Origin: a virus
Lineage: Duplodnaviria; Caudoviricetes
Strand: one strand, 5' to 3'
IMG/VR virus record: IMGVR_UViG_3300044940_000530
Span: 1-56,641 of that record
Length of the DNA stretch: 56,641 nt
The position numbers and the translations under genes are program-made. The notes beneath the pieces are model-generated. The model saw only the letters and a list, made by a program, of their open reading frames with translations, was not told the origin of the DNA and made no database searches. How positions within the stretch are numbered: position 1 is the stretch's first letter; each line of letters starts with the position of its first letter. This document shows, one piece after another, positions 29,140-37,607 of the stretch.

Positions 29140-29255
29140 GTGCCTGCTGTGCCTGCTGTGCCTGCTGTGCCTGCTGTGCCTGCTGTGCCTGCTGTGCCTG
29201 CTGTGCCTGCTGTGCCTGCTGTGCCTGCTGTGCCTGCTGTGCCTGCTGTGCCTGC
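29140..29255. repeat. (GTGCCTGCT)~13 non-coding tandem repeat
   Basis: Perfect 9-bp units over 116 bp. Confidence 0.97.
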
Positions 29256-29296
29256 CGTCGCGCGAATCGCGCTGTCACACAACCGCTGCACTGGCG

Positions 29297-29362
29297 CACC
29301 GCCGCTGCGCTATCACACCAAAAGCGTGCGCCTCGCGCGTCGGCGCAAACAGGAAGCGCCGC
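29297..29362. repeat. 66-bp intergenic element, copy 2
   Basis: Near-identical to 28526-28591. Confidence 0.9.
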
Positions 29363-29388
29363 GACCGATTCCGAAGAATCCGACGAAT

Positions 29389-29421
29389 CATGCCACGTTA
29401 AAGCGCGATTCCTTGTGTGTC
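29389..29421 (+). promoter_or_regulatory. Repeated early promoter-like motif, copy 3
   Basis: 27-bp identity with 27569-27595. Confidence 0.65.
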
Positions 29422-29930
29422 GGAGCGGTGCTCCGGGCCTACCGCGCCCGCAAGGGTGCCGCGCTCTTTGACAATCGAATCGGTTCCTTTGGCTCGCGGT
29501 AGATAGGTGCGCCTAATGCGCCATTTGCCCGGCCTAGTGAAGCCTCGCGCGTGGCGTCTCATGCGCGCGATGCCGATGGAATAGGACAAGCCGCCCTAAT
29601 CAAGCGCGCACGGCGCGCGGGGCATGCAATGTCGCATGAAGGGACATGCGGCAGCCTGTTACTTGCATGCATGCGGTAGGTGTTCGGATTCATCGGTATA
29701 GCCTAGCTAGTGTCGAGAGGTGGCGTAGGTTATGCGATTCGGCAAATCGCATAGCGTGGCAATCCGAACGGGGCGCGAGTCGAGGAACGCACCATGATGG
29801 TGCAGGCGAGCAACGGCGCAACCGTTGTAACCAGAAACGGGCGGCGCGCAGGCCAACAATCCGCGCGCCGATTCGCCAAACATGCGGGCGCGATTCCTGC
29901 ATGTTTCGCGAATCGGATAGTCGATTCTCA
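29420..29930 (+). ncRNA. Candidate ~500-nt structured RNA or long leader (family unknown)
   Basis: Lies downstream of a promoter motif and boxA, has no convincing ORF, and contains at least seven nested stems found by eye. Confidence 0.4.
29444..29474 (+). promoter_or_regulatory. boxB-like GCAA hairpin plus boxA-like CGCTCTTTGACAA
   Basis: GCGCCC-GCAA-GGGTGC followed by boxA at 29462-29474. Confidence 0.6.
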
Positions 29931-29949
29931 AACAGGAAAGGGTGAAACA

Positions 29950-31086
29950 ATGGCTGACATGATCCCCGGTATGACGAATCAGGCCGTGGAGGCGTTCCTT
30001 GCGCGCGCCGCCAATATCGGCGCAAACGCCAAGGTTCTGGAATCCGAGGCAAAGGCGCAAGTTGACGCCGATGCCAAGGCAGCGGCTGATGCGCGCGACT
30101 TGCTGCGGGATTCCAAGCGCCGCGCGGCCGGTTTCCGCCGCCCCGCGTTCCGTGCGCTTGGCGAGGTCGCGGCCGCTTTCCAATCGGCGAGCAACAACTT
30201 GGACTCTGTTCCGGAGACGTTCCGTGAGTCGGTCGCTTCGCGGGCGGCGCAGGCCTTCGCTGCGAGCTACACCGGCCGCAGCGAGAAGTCCGCCAAGGGC
30301 GGGGTTGCGGCGGGCTGGACTCACGTGATCTATCTCGGCAGCGCAGGCCAGACTCTGATCAACGCACTCGCCGAGCGAGTCGATCACTGGCAGGCCATCG
30401 CTGATCTTCCTATCAATGACGAAGGCGCGGCCGCGCTGCGCGAAACGGCGCTGCGCTACGTCACTCCGGCCGCGTCCTGTCCGGCCCCTGACGGGCGGAT
30501 CGAGCCGGGCAAGTTGCCCAAGCACAACGGCCGCGCGGCCGTGACACTGACCGTGGACGGCAAGACCGTGTCGCTGCCCGCGCGTGGCGCTACCAATCGC
30601 GACGCTATCCTTGCGGAAGCGGCCCGTTTGGCGCGCACGCACGGTATTGAGGTTGCGACGCATCCCTTTGTGCTTGACGCGGTGTTAGACAACGGCGGGA
30701 AGTGGCGCAAGCCCGAGGGTGACGCACAGGCGCTCGCGGCCGATGCGCTTTCCGCGCTCGACAAGTTGCTTTCCTTGGGCGGCGCGGAGTCGCTTGACGG
30801 CGCATCGCTCATGGTGATGCGTGACGTTATTCACCGCATTGCGCAGCAAGGATTGCGTGAGCGTCCCATGGTGGTGCCTGAGGTCGCCAACACGCCGATT
30901 TTGGCCGCACCACAGGCCATGCCGGAGAACGTTTCCGGCAGCGCACTGACGGTCACTGCCGAGAATGAGGCCGATTTGAACGAATCCGATTCGTGCAACG
31001 CATCGAACAGTGACGATTCTTCTCCGAACAAGGAATCCAAGAAGGGCAAAAAGCCTAGCAATATCAAGCGGAAGCCCGGTATCTGA
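29950..31086 (+). CDS. Early hypothetical protein, 378 aa
   Basis: Purine-rich SD before ATG 29950 (alternative in-frame ATG at 29794); followed by a hairpin. Confidence 0.8.
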   Translation: MADMIPGMTNQAVEAFLARAANIGANAKVLESEAKAQVDADAKAAADARDLLRDSKRRAAGFRRPAFRALGEVAAAFQSASNNLDSVPETFRESVASRAAQAFAASYTGRSEKSAKGGVAAGWTHVIYLGSAGQTLINALAERVDHWQAIADLPINDEGAAALRETALRYVTPAASCPAPDGRIEPGKLPKHNGRAAVTLTVDGKTVSLPARGATNRDAILAEAARLARTHGIEVATHPFVLDAVLDNGGKWRKPEGDAQALAADALSALDKLLSLGGAESLDGASLMVMRDVIHRIAQQGLRERPMVVPEVANTPILAAPQAMPENVSGSALTVTAENEADLNESDSCNASNSDDSSPNKESKKGKKPSNIKRKPGI

Positions 31087-31092
31087 CACTGA

Positions 31093-31126
31093 CGCGGGGG
31101 GCGCAACGCCCCCCGCGCATTCGTTT
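31093..31126 (+). terminator. Probable intrinsic terminator
   Basis: 11-bp stem CGCGGGGGGCG/CGCCCCCCGCG followed by a T-rich tail. Confidence 0.7.
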
Positions 31127-31369
31127 GTGCATTTTGAGCGTTTAAACCCCTGAATCGTTGCGCGTGTGCGCATTATTTTTTGTTGCGCTATCACCCGTCG
31201 CAACAGAATGCGGCGCAAATTGTGGCAAATTGTGGCAAAGCGTCATCGCGCAGCGTTACATTTCGTAACATCGGCACGCGCGAAGCGGGCGTTTGCGGCT
31301 GATACGCGCCTCAACAACATGTTCCGTAGCCGTTCTAACCCTATTCTCTACAACCTACGGTAGCGATAA

Positions 31370-31740
31370 GGGTAACAATATTGCGCGCAAGGGGGGTGTT
31401 TGCGCAAACTTGCAGGGGGTGTGAATTAGGTGTGAATTAAAGTGTGAATTGTTCGGCACGCAGGCGCAAGGAAAAACATAAGGATATCAATAGGTTAACA
31501 TATATAGGTATATAAGGTAATATTATATTAGTCATATTCACACCCCTCCAAAGGAGGCGCCGTAGCGATTTTTTCGTGTTTCCGGCTGCGGCGCCTGCTG
31601 CCGTCCCCCCGCGCGCGCCTCCTCAAAAAAAGGGTGTGAATATGACTAATATGCAAAAAACCTAGGAAACTCTAGGACTCCAACCCCGTTCTGTGCAGTA
31701 ATCGTAACGGTGAATATGTGTGAATATGTGTGAATTAGAA
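31370..31740. other. Putative replication origin: AT-rich tract, GTGTGAATW iteron-like repeats and a 21-bp inverted repeat
   Basis: GTGTGAATW at 31419, 31430, 31442, 31634, 31718 and 31728 (partial at 31710, reverse at about 31535); AT-rich 31470-31545; inverted repeat 31525-31545/31632-31652. Confidence 0.6.
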
Positions 31741-31780
31741 AGCGCAACAATACGGAACACGTAACAAAACACACGATTAG

Positions 31781-32087
31781 GAATCCAATCCACGATTCTA
31801 TGAATCAGATTCGTAAAATAAGATTCATACAACGAATCAGATTCGCAAAACAAGATTCATACAATGCATCAGATTCGTTGAATCATGAGCACCCAAGGAA
31901 TCAGATTCCTGGATTGAATCATTAATGAAGAATCCGATTCCTGAAACGCACTCAAACACCGAATCCGATTCTTCAAACGCGCACATTATGAGAATCAAAT
32001 ACCTCTGATTCGGATAAACCGACGAATCAGATTCGCACTATGCACCGCATGACGACTCTGCGAATCAAACATTGCGCTGCAGGATTC
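31781..32087. repeat. GANTC-dense array with GAATCnGATTC palindromes at a 31-32 bp period
   Basis: 24 GANTC sites (23 GAWTC) in 307 bp; cores at 31802, 31834, (31866), 31898, 31930, 31961, (31992) and 32024. Confidence 0.92.
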
Positions 32088-32105
32088 GTCATGCGCTTTA
32101 CGCGC

Positions 32106-32131
32106 AACCCCTAACCCCTAACCCCTAACCC
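32106..32131. repeat. (AACCCCT)3.7 telomere-like repeat; G-quadruplex consensus on the minus strand
   Basis: Minus strand reads GGGTTAGGGGTTAGGGGTTAGGGGTT; abuts SD AAGGAG. Confidence 0.85.
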
Positions 32132-32143
32132 AAGGAGCAACCC

Positions 32144-32740
32144 ATGTGCGCAACCCCCAACCCTACCTACGACGAGCGTCTCGCCGACCTGCTTTGCGTG
32201 CCGCATCTCGACGTGAGCATGCGTGTTTTTGAGCGCTCTAAGGGTATCTACCCCGACGAAACCGACCTTGCGCTCTATGCCGAGCGGCTTGCACGCTGGC
32301 TGGCCATCCCTGCCGACCGGCCGCGCGTGGGTGATTTCTTGTTGGTTTCCGAATCAACCACGCAGCCGCTTTTCAAGCGATTCACTCATGCATGGAACGA
32401 CGGTATCCAGACCACAAGCGAAACCCGCTGCCCCAACAGTCCGGACGACTGGTCCTTTTATATCGCCCCCGACGCATCCGTGTCCTATTCGGGCGGGCTT
32501 GATGCCGCCATCCCCTACGACCGGCTCGTGATCGTCTCCGAGAGTCGCGCCCGCATGGGGTATCACACCGGCGATATGATCATTGACCGCACGCCCATGC
32601 TCGTGCCCGGCACGTTCTGGTTCTTCAAGCATGACCGCCCCGGCGCATCACGCGGGCTTTCCTGCACTCTCCCGTGCCGTGTGTGGAGGGATACGGCGCT
32701 CGCGTGCCCTGTGGCGCGCCGGGGCGGTGGGGGTCTATGA
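32144..32740 (+). CDS. Hypothetical protein, 198 aa
   Basis: SD AAGGAG; globular-looking sequence (PRVGDF, SYSGGLD, FWFFKH). Confidence 0.8.
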   Translation: MCATPNPTYDERLADLLCVPHLDVSMRVFERSKGIYPDETDLALYAERLARWLAIPADRPRVGDFLLVSESTTQPLFKRFTHAWNDGIQTTSETRCPNSPDDWSFYIAPDASVSYSGGLDAAIPYDRLVIVSESRARMGYHTGDMIIDRTPMLVPGTFWFFKHDRPGASRGLSCTLPCRVWRDTALACPVARRGGGGL

Positions 32741-32785
32741 TTCGAGCACGCACGCACACACGCACGCCATGAAAGGAACCCGCCC

Positions 32786-33193
32786 ATGACGACTGTCATA
32801 CAGAACGAAACGGGAAAGACTGCGGATATCCCCGAAGATTGCCCCGCCTACATGATCGTCTCCCTCGACGATGTTCTGCAGATTCCCCCCGAGGCAAGGA
32901 ATCGCTTCTTCAACGACTTCCCTGCCGTCATCGCGGCTCTGGAATCCGCCGACAACAACATCGTCTTTTGGGTGGACGACGGTAGCGACGAAACGACCGT
33001 CATCGCGGGCGCAACGCTGCCGACCGAGCGGCTCATGGAGGCTGTGGGCCGACATATCCTCCATTACAGGGCGCGCCGTGCCGAACGCGACGCCACGTCG
33101 CGTATCGTTTATCGGCTGTCGATGCTCTTTCGCTCCTTCATGGGGTTGACGCACCCCAAGGAGGGCGCGCGCAAGCCCACCCGCACGCACTGA
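32786..33193 (+). CDS. Hypothetical protein, 135 aa
   Basis: SD AAAGGA; in the operon. Confidence 0.7.
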   Translation: MTTVIQNETGKTADIPEDCPAYMIVSLDDVLQIPPEARNRFFNDFPAVIAALESADNNIVFWVDDGSDETTVIAGATLPTERLMEAVGRHILHYRARRAERDATSRIVYRLSMLFRSFMGLTHPKEGARKPTRTH

Positions 33194-33238
33194 CACGCCT
33201 ACCAACCCCAACCCCAACCGAGAAGGATTCACCGAATC

Positions 33239-34753
33239 ATGACCACGGCCATCGACACCAACGCCATCCCCGCCATCTCCATTGCCGAGTTGCTCGCCGT
33301 CTCCCCCGTGCTGGAACAGTGGCGCAACAGCAAGGGGCGCATCATGCCCCTCCACCTCCAATCCGCTCCCGGCATCGGCAAGACCGCCTTCGTCTCCGAG
33401 ATGGCGCGCCGCCGTGCCGCGCTTGCCGAGGGTCCGCGTGGCGAGCCTGTCGTCGTCGGGTTCACCGTGGTGAACGCGTCCATGGTGTCCCCGCCGGACA
33501 TTCCCGGCTTCATCCTGTTTGATTCGCAGGAGTTTGCCGAATCCGAGCGCGACGACGAGGGCGCGATCCTGCCCCATGCCGTCAGGCGCTATCACGCGAA
33601 GGTCGCGCGCTACACCCGCCCCACCGTGTTCAACCTCTCCGGCGCGTTCGTGCGTGCCGTCGATCCCGCGACTGGCGAGCCGTATCCCGCCGGTCCCGAC
33701 GCGCCGACCGTGTTCATCGACCGCGACGACGCGGGCGGGCCGGTCATGATCGGATCGCTTGTGCGGGGGCGGCCCGTGGATACGGGCATCATGCTGCTGG
33801 ACGAGTTCATGCAGGCTCCCACCGATATCGCCAAGGCGTTCGCGCCGCTCATCGACGAGGGGCGTGCCGGTCCGCACCATCTGCCCATCGATTGGCAGGT
33901 GATCGCTGCGTCCAACCGGCAGCGCGATGCCTCTGGTGTGGGCCGTGCGTTGGCGTTCCTCACCAACCGCTGGATGCTCGCCGAGTTGCAGCCCGACATG
34001 GGTGCGCTGCTCGCGCATCTGACGGGCAGGGCGCATGGCGGGCAGGACGCGCGTGCCAACCCACACGTCAACCCGTATGGGGGGATCATGACGCCCACCG
34101 TGCTGCCTGCCATTGATCGTTATGGGCGCATCGACCGCTCCCGTCAGCCCATCCATCCCGCCATCGAAAAGTGGCTGGACACCAACGCCGATACCCTGTT
34201 CGGCGGCGTGCCGTCCGATCCGGGCAAGCCGTTCCTCACGCCGCGCTCCGCCGAGGCCGCGTCCAACCTCTTCGACGTGATGCTGCGGCTCGACCTCGAC
34301 GAGGACTTCCAGGCGTCCGATTCGTCGGAGTCCAACTACAGCGAGACGTTCATCGCCCGCGACGACGATCCCGCGCGATTCAGCATGTTCTCCCGCCTCG
34401 CTGCCGGTGCCGTTGGTGCCGACAACGCCGCGCAGATGCTCGGCACGCTTGAGTTGTTCGGCGAGGTGCCGACCTATGCCGCCATCGTGCGTGACCCCAA
34501 GCGCGCGCACGTCTCCGAGAAGGCCGACGCGCAGGTCGTGACGGGGATCGTCATCAGCCGCCACATGACGCCCGCCACCGCCGATGCCGCCATCGCCTAC
34601 GCCAAGCGCCTGCAGCCGCACATCGGTCGCAACGCCATCGTGTCCGCCGTGCGCGCCAACCCGTTGCTCATGGGGTGCCCTGCCGTGCTGGCGTGGGCGC
34701 AGGCCAACCCCGATGCGATGAATCGCCTGATGATGGTGGCGGCGCGGCGGTGA
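33239..34753 (+). CDS. MoxR-type AAA+ ATPase, 504 aa
   Basis: Walker A SAPGIGKT, Walker B IMLLDEF, sensor I AASN, Arg finger LTNR, sensor II TPRS; VWA partner nearby. Confidence 0.88.
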   Translation: MTTAIDTNAIPAISIAELLAVSPVLEQWRNSKGRIMPLHLQSAPGIGKTAFVSEMARRRAALAEGPRGEPVVVGFTVVNASMVSPPDIPGFILFDSQEFAESERDDEGAILPHAVRRYHAKVARYTRPTVFNLSGAFVRAVDPATGEPYPAGPDAPTVFIDRDDAGGPVMIGSLVRGRPVDTGIMLLDEFMQAPTDIAKAFAPLIDEGRAGPHHLPIDWQVIAASNRQRDASGVGRALAFLTNRWMLAELQPDMGALLAHLTGRAHGGQDARANPHVNPYGGIMTPTVLPAIDRYGRIDRSRQPIHPAIEKWLDTNADTLFGGVPSDPGKPFLTPRSAEAASNLFDVMLRLDLDEDFQASDSSESNYSETFIARDDDPARFSMFSRLAAGAVGADNAAQMLGTLELFGEVPTYAAIVRDPKRAHVSEKADAQVVTGIVISRHMTPATADAAIAYAKRLQPHIGRNAIVSAVRANPLLMGCPAVLAWAQANPDAMNRLMMVAARR

Positions 34754-34800
34754 TTCTCCATGCAGTTGCGAATCGGATCAAACACACGAAGGAGAGACAG

Positions 34801-35055
34801 ATGAGCTACAACTTCCAGGGTGTTCTCTACAACACCAGCAAGGACGCGCTTGAGGCAATCGCGGTCGCCTGGGTCTACGGCGGGGCTGAGCGCCCCTACC
34901 ACGATACGTTGAAGGAGGCACCGGCCAAGCTGGCTGCCGAGTGTGTCCAGGCATGGGGGCTTCGTGCCCTGCTCGCCGAAATGGGCGAGAACGAGGCGGC
35001 GCTCGCCGGAGCGATTGAGGAAATCCTGTTCCGTGCGTTGGCGGTGCTCGACTGA
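34801..35055 (+). CDS. Hypothetical protein, 84 aa
   Basis: SD AAGGAG before ATG 34801. Confidence 0.7.
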   Translation: MSYNFQGVLYNTSKDALEAIAVAWVYGGAERPYHDTLKEAPAKLAAECVQAWGLRALLAEMGENEAALAGAIEEILFRALAVLD

Positions 35056-35146
35056 GCGAAGGAACATAGGACCAACTACCCATGGTTGCGCTCCCGTTTG
35101 TGTTTGGTGCGCGGAAACGTGCGGGAATGCGCTATACTTGCGATCC

Positions 35147-35211
35147 CGAACCCAACCACGAACCCAACCACGAACCCAACCACGAACCCAACCACGAACC
35201 CAACCACGAAC
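35147..35211. repeat. (CGAACCCAACCA)5 leader repeat
   Basis: Five perfect 12-bp units ending at SD GGGAG. Confidence 0.95.
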
Positions 35212-35224
35212 GGGAGTGCGTTCC

Positions 35225-35593
35225 ATGGATACGCCAACGAATACGGCTCGGAATGCCGACAAGTGGACGTGCCGTGCCGCTGTTCGGATTCTTCATGCCA
35301 TGAGAATCGGCGTGTTCGCGGCACAAATCGCGCTCGCTGCCGCGTCGTTGCTCGCACTCGTTTCCGTTGTCGTGTTCAATGCCTTCTGTGCGTTCGGAAT
35401 GTGCGTTTCGATGGAGCCGCTGTTCGGAAACGAGATTTACCGGTTTGACATTGCGGTGCTGCTGTTCGTGTTCCTCGTCTCGACAGCGGCGTCGATCCTG
35501 ACCCTGTTGAGCAAGCGCATCAAGACCGCATGCGATTCGTGCGAGCGGCGCATGCGCAAAACACCCAACCGAACATCCAACCAAACATCCTGA
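35225..35593 (+). CDS. Putative membrane protein with two TM segments, 122 aa
   Basis: SD GGGAG; two long hydrophobic segments. Confidence 0.6.
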   Translation: MDTPTNTARNADKWTCRAAVRILHAMRIGVFAAQIALAAASLLALVSVVVFNAFCAFGMCVSMEPLFGNEIYRFDIAVLLFVFLVSTAASILTLLSKRIKTACDSCERRMRKTPNRTSNQTS

Positions 35594-35594
35594 T

Positions 35595-35649
35595 CAACCA
35601 CCAACCACCAACCACCAACCACCAACCACCAACCACCAACCACCAACCA
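35595..35649. repeat. (CAACCAC)~8 leader repeat
   Basis: Perfect 7-bp units fill the intergenic gap. Confidence 0.95.
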
Positions 35650-35666
35650 AACGGGAAACCGAACCC

Positions 35667-37595
35667 ATGACCAACATTCGCAAGCGCGTCTTCGACGCGA
35701 CGGACCCCGCGACCGTTGCCGCCGCTGCCGTCAATGGTATCGTGACGCGGGAGCTTACCGTTGACGAGCAGGCTACCGTCCGCGAGACGGTTGCCGCCAT
35801 TCGCCGCGTCGCACCAACCGCCCGGCAGATGGAGGCGCTCATCGGCGCTCGTGCCGAGATACTGCTGACGCATCCCTTCCTTGCGTCGATATCATCAAGC
35901 GATTCCGTGTTTTATCACGCGGTGGATACCGACCTCTTTCCCATCGCTGCGACCGATGGCGTCGGCATCTACCTCAATGCGCGCATCGGCGGATTCTTCG
36001 AGTCGCAGCGCACCCCTGAGGATCAGGCGCGTGCGCACGGCATCTCGCCCGCCAACATCCCGCCCAACGCGCTCGCGCCGTCCACGCCGTCCGCCGCGCA
36101 CCCCAGTGGCAAGACCGGCCTCACCCCGGACGAGCGCGTGTTCGCTCTCGCGCACGAGATCATGCACGTGCTGCGCGAGGATTGCATCTGGAACTGGTAT
36201 GCCAAGGAATCCGATACCGTGCATGTGCCGCGCATCCCCGACGACGAGCCGCGCGGGTTGGGCATTCATGTCTCCGCCCCCATCGTCAACACCCCGTCCC
36301 GTCATGCGGGCATGGGTGGTGTGGCGGCGAAGCATATGCCCTACGCCATGAAGGGATTCCTCGGGCTGCCGCCCCCTTCGCTGCGCACGTCCAGCAAGCC
36401 CAACATCCCGCTCGACGGCACCGCCACCGGCGTTCTCCCCTACGAAGAGGAGGTGATGCAGATCGCGTTGGATGCGATCATCAACTCCATGCTGTTCTGC
36501 GATGGCGTCGGCGCGATGCCCGAGGGGGTGATTGCGATTCCCGGAATCAACTACCGGCACACCATCGGCGAGGCGTATGCCTACGTATGGCGGCTGTTTC
36601 AGGACCAGCGGAACCGCCAGAACCATAACCCCAACCCTAACCCCAACCCCAACCCGCGCGGCGGCATCCATACCCCCGCCCCTGCCCCTACCCCCGCCGA
36701 CCGGCAGGCCATTGCCAAGGCCGCTGCCGAAGCGATGGCGAACAACCCCTTGCGCGGCGACGTGCGCACTCCCGGCGAGATGGGTGATCCGACGCGCGAC
36801 GATGGCGACGAGGATAACAACGGGAACAACAACGCTCCCGCGTCCAACCCCATTCCCGCGCGGCAGGCGGTCGCCAAGTTCGAAGAGGGCCGCATGGAGC
36901 GCGAGATCATGGTTCAGCGCGCCCTTGCCGCCGCGCGTAACGCCGGGGTGGGGTCGTGCGCCATTGAAGAGTCGGTCAAGGCGTCGCGCGAGCCTGATGT
37001 TGACTGGCGGGCATACATCCCCGCGTTTCTCGCCCGTGCCGCGCAGGGTGCCAACTACGATTGGACGCGCCCGCACCGTCCGCCGCTCGTGCGCGATCTG
37101 ACTGTCGGGCAGGAGCCTTACTTCGAGCCGTCCCTGTCGGGCCAAGGGTGCGGTCACGTTATCGTTGTGGCCGATACCTCCGGCTCCATCGGCGAGCGCG
37201 AGCATCGCGCCATTCTCGGGTCGATCAGCGGCATGATGGCGGCTGTGCGCCCCAAGCGCGTCACTGTCGTGTTCTGCGATGATCGGATTCAGCGAGTCGA
37301 TACGTTCGATGGCGAGCCTGATCCCGATACCTGCGCGACCATCAACGTGCCGAAAGGCGGCGGCACGAGCTTCATCCCCGCCATCGAGTGGGCGGTCGAT
37401 GTCGCCCGTGGTGCGACCGATGCTTGGGGCGCGGCTGACATGCCCCCGCCCGAGGCGTTGATCTATGTCACGGACCTCTATGGTCCCGCGCCCGCCAAGG
37501 CACCCACCGAGTTTCCTGTGTTGTGGGTCGCCGTCAGCGATGCGCCGCACCCGTGGGGCGAGCGCGTCACCATCGATCCTGATTCGCTCGTTTGA
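35667..37595 (+). CDS. Metallopeptidase (DUF2201-like) plus VWA domain protein, 642 aa
   Basis: AATDG, AHEIMH (HExxH), DAIIN; MIDAS DTSGS, GGGTSF and YVTD. Confidence 0.9.
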   Translation: MTNIRKRVFDATDPATVAAAAVNGIVTRELTVDEQATVRETVAAIRRVAPTARQMEALIGARAEILLTHPFLASISSSDSVFYHAVDTDLFPIAATDGVGIYLNARIGGFFESQRTPEDQARAHGISPANIPPNALAPSTPSAAHPSGKTGLTPDERVFALAHEIMHVLREDCIWNWYAKESDTVHVPRIPDDEPRGLGIHVSAPIVNTPSRHAGMGGVAAKHMPYAMKGFLGLPPPSLRTSSKPNIPLDGTATGVLPYEEEVMQIALDAIINSMLFCDGVGAMPEGVIAIPGINYRHTIGEAYAYVWRLFQDQRNRQNHNPNPNPNPNPRGGIHTPAPAPTPADRQAIAKAAAEAMANNPLRGDVRTPGEMGDPTRDDGDEDNNGNNNAPASNPIPARQAVAKFEEGRMEREIMVQRALAAARNAGVGSCAIEESVKASREPDVDWRAYIPAFLARAAQGANYDWTRPHRPPLVRDLTVGQEPYFEPSLSGQGCGHVIVVADTSGSIGEREHRAILGSISGMMAAVRPKRVTVVFCDDRIQRVDTFDGEPDPDTCATINVPKGGGTSFIPAIEWAVDVARGATDAWGAADMPPPEALIYVTDLYGPAPAKAPTEFPVLWVAVSDAPHPWGERVTIDPDSLV

Positions 37596-37607
37596 GGGGG
37601 GCACACC

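Noticed and set aside
28959-29502. Cys-rich, (AQQ)n, (PAV)n and (CLL)n ORFs
   Set aside because: Translations of the 9-bp repeat that cross terminators and lack an SD.
29507-29930. Group II intron or hammerhead ribozyme (GTGCG at 29507)
   Set aside because: No domain V, no RT ORF and no CUGANGA/GAAA core seen; kept only as an unassigned structured RNA candidate.
31166-31853. Small ORFs 31166..31363 (+) and 31662..31853 (-)
   Set aside because: No SD, atypical composition, and they overlap the origin-like repeats.
31781-32087. CRISPR array
   Set aside because: The period is only about 32 bp with an 11-bp core and motif-containing spacers; there is no 23-47 bp repeat and no cas operon.
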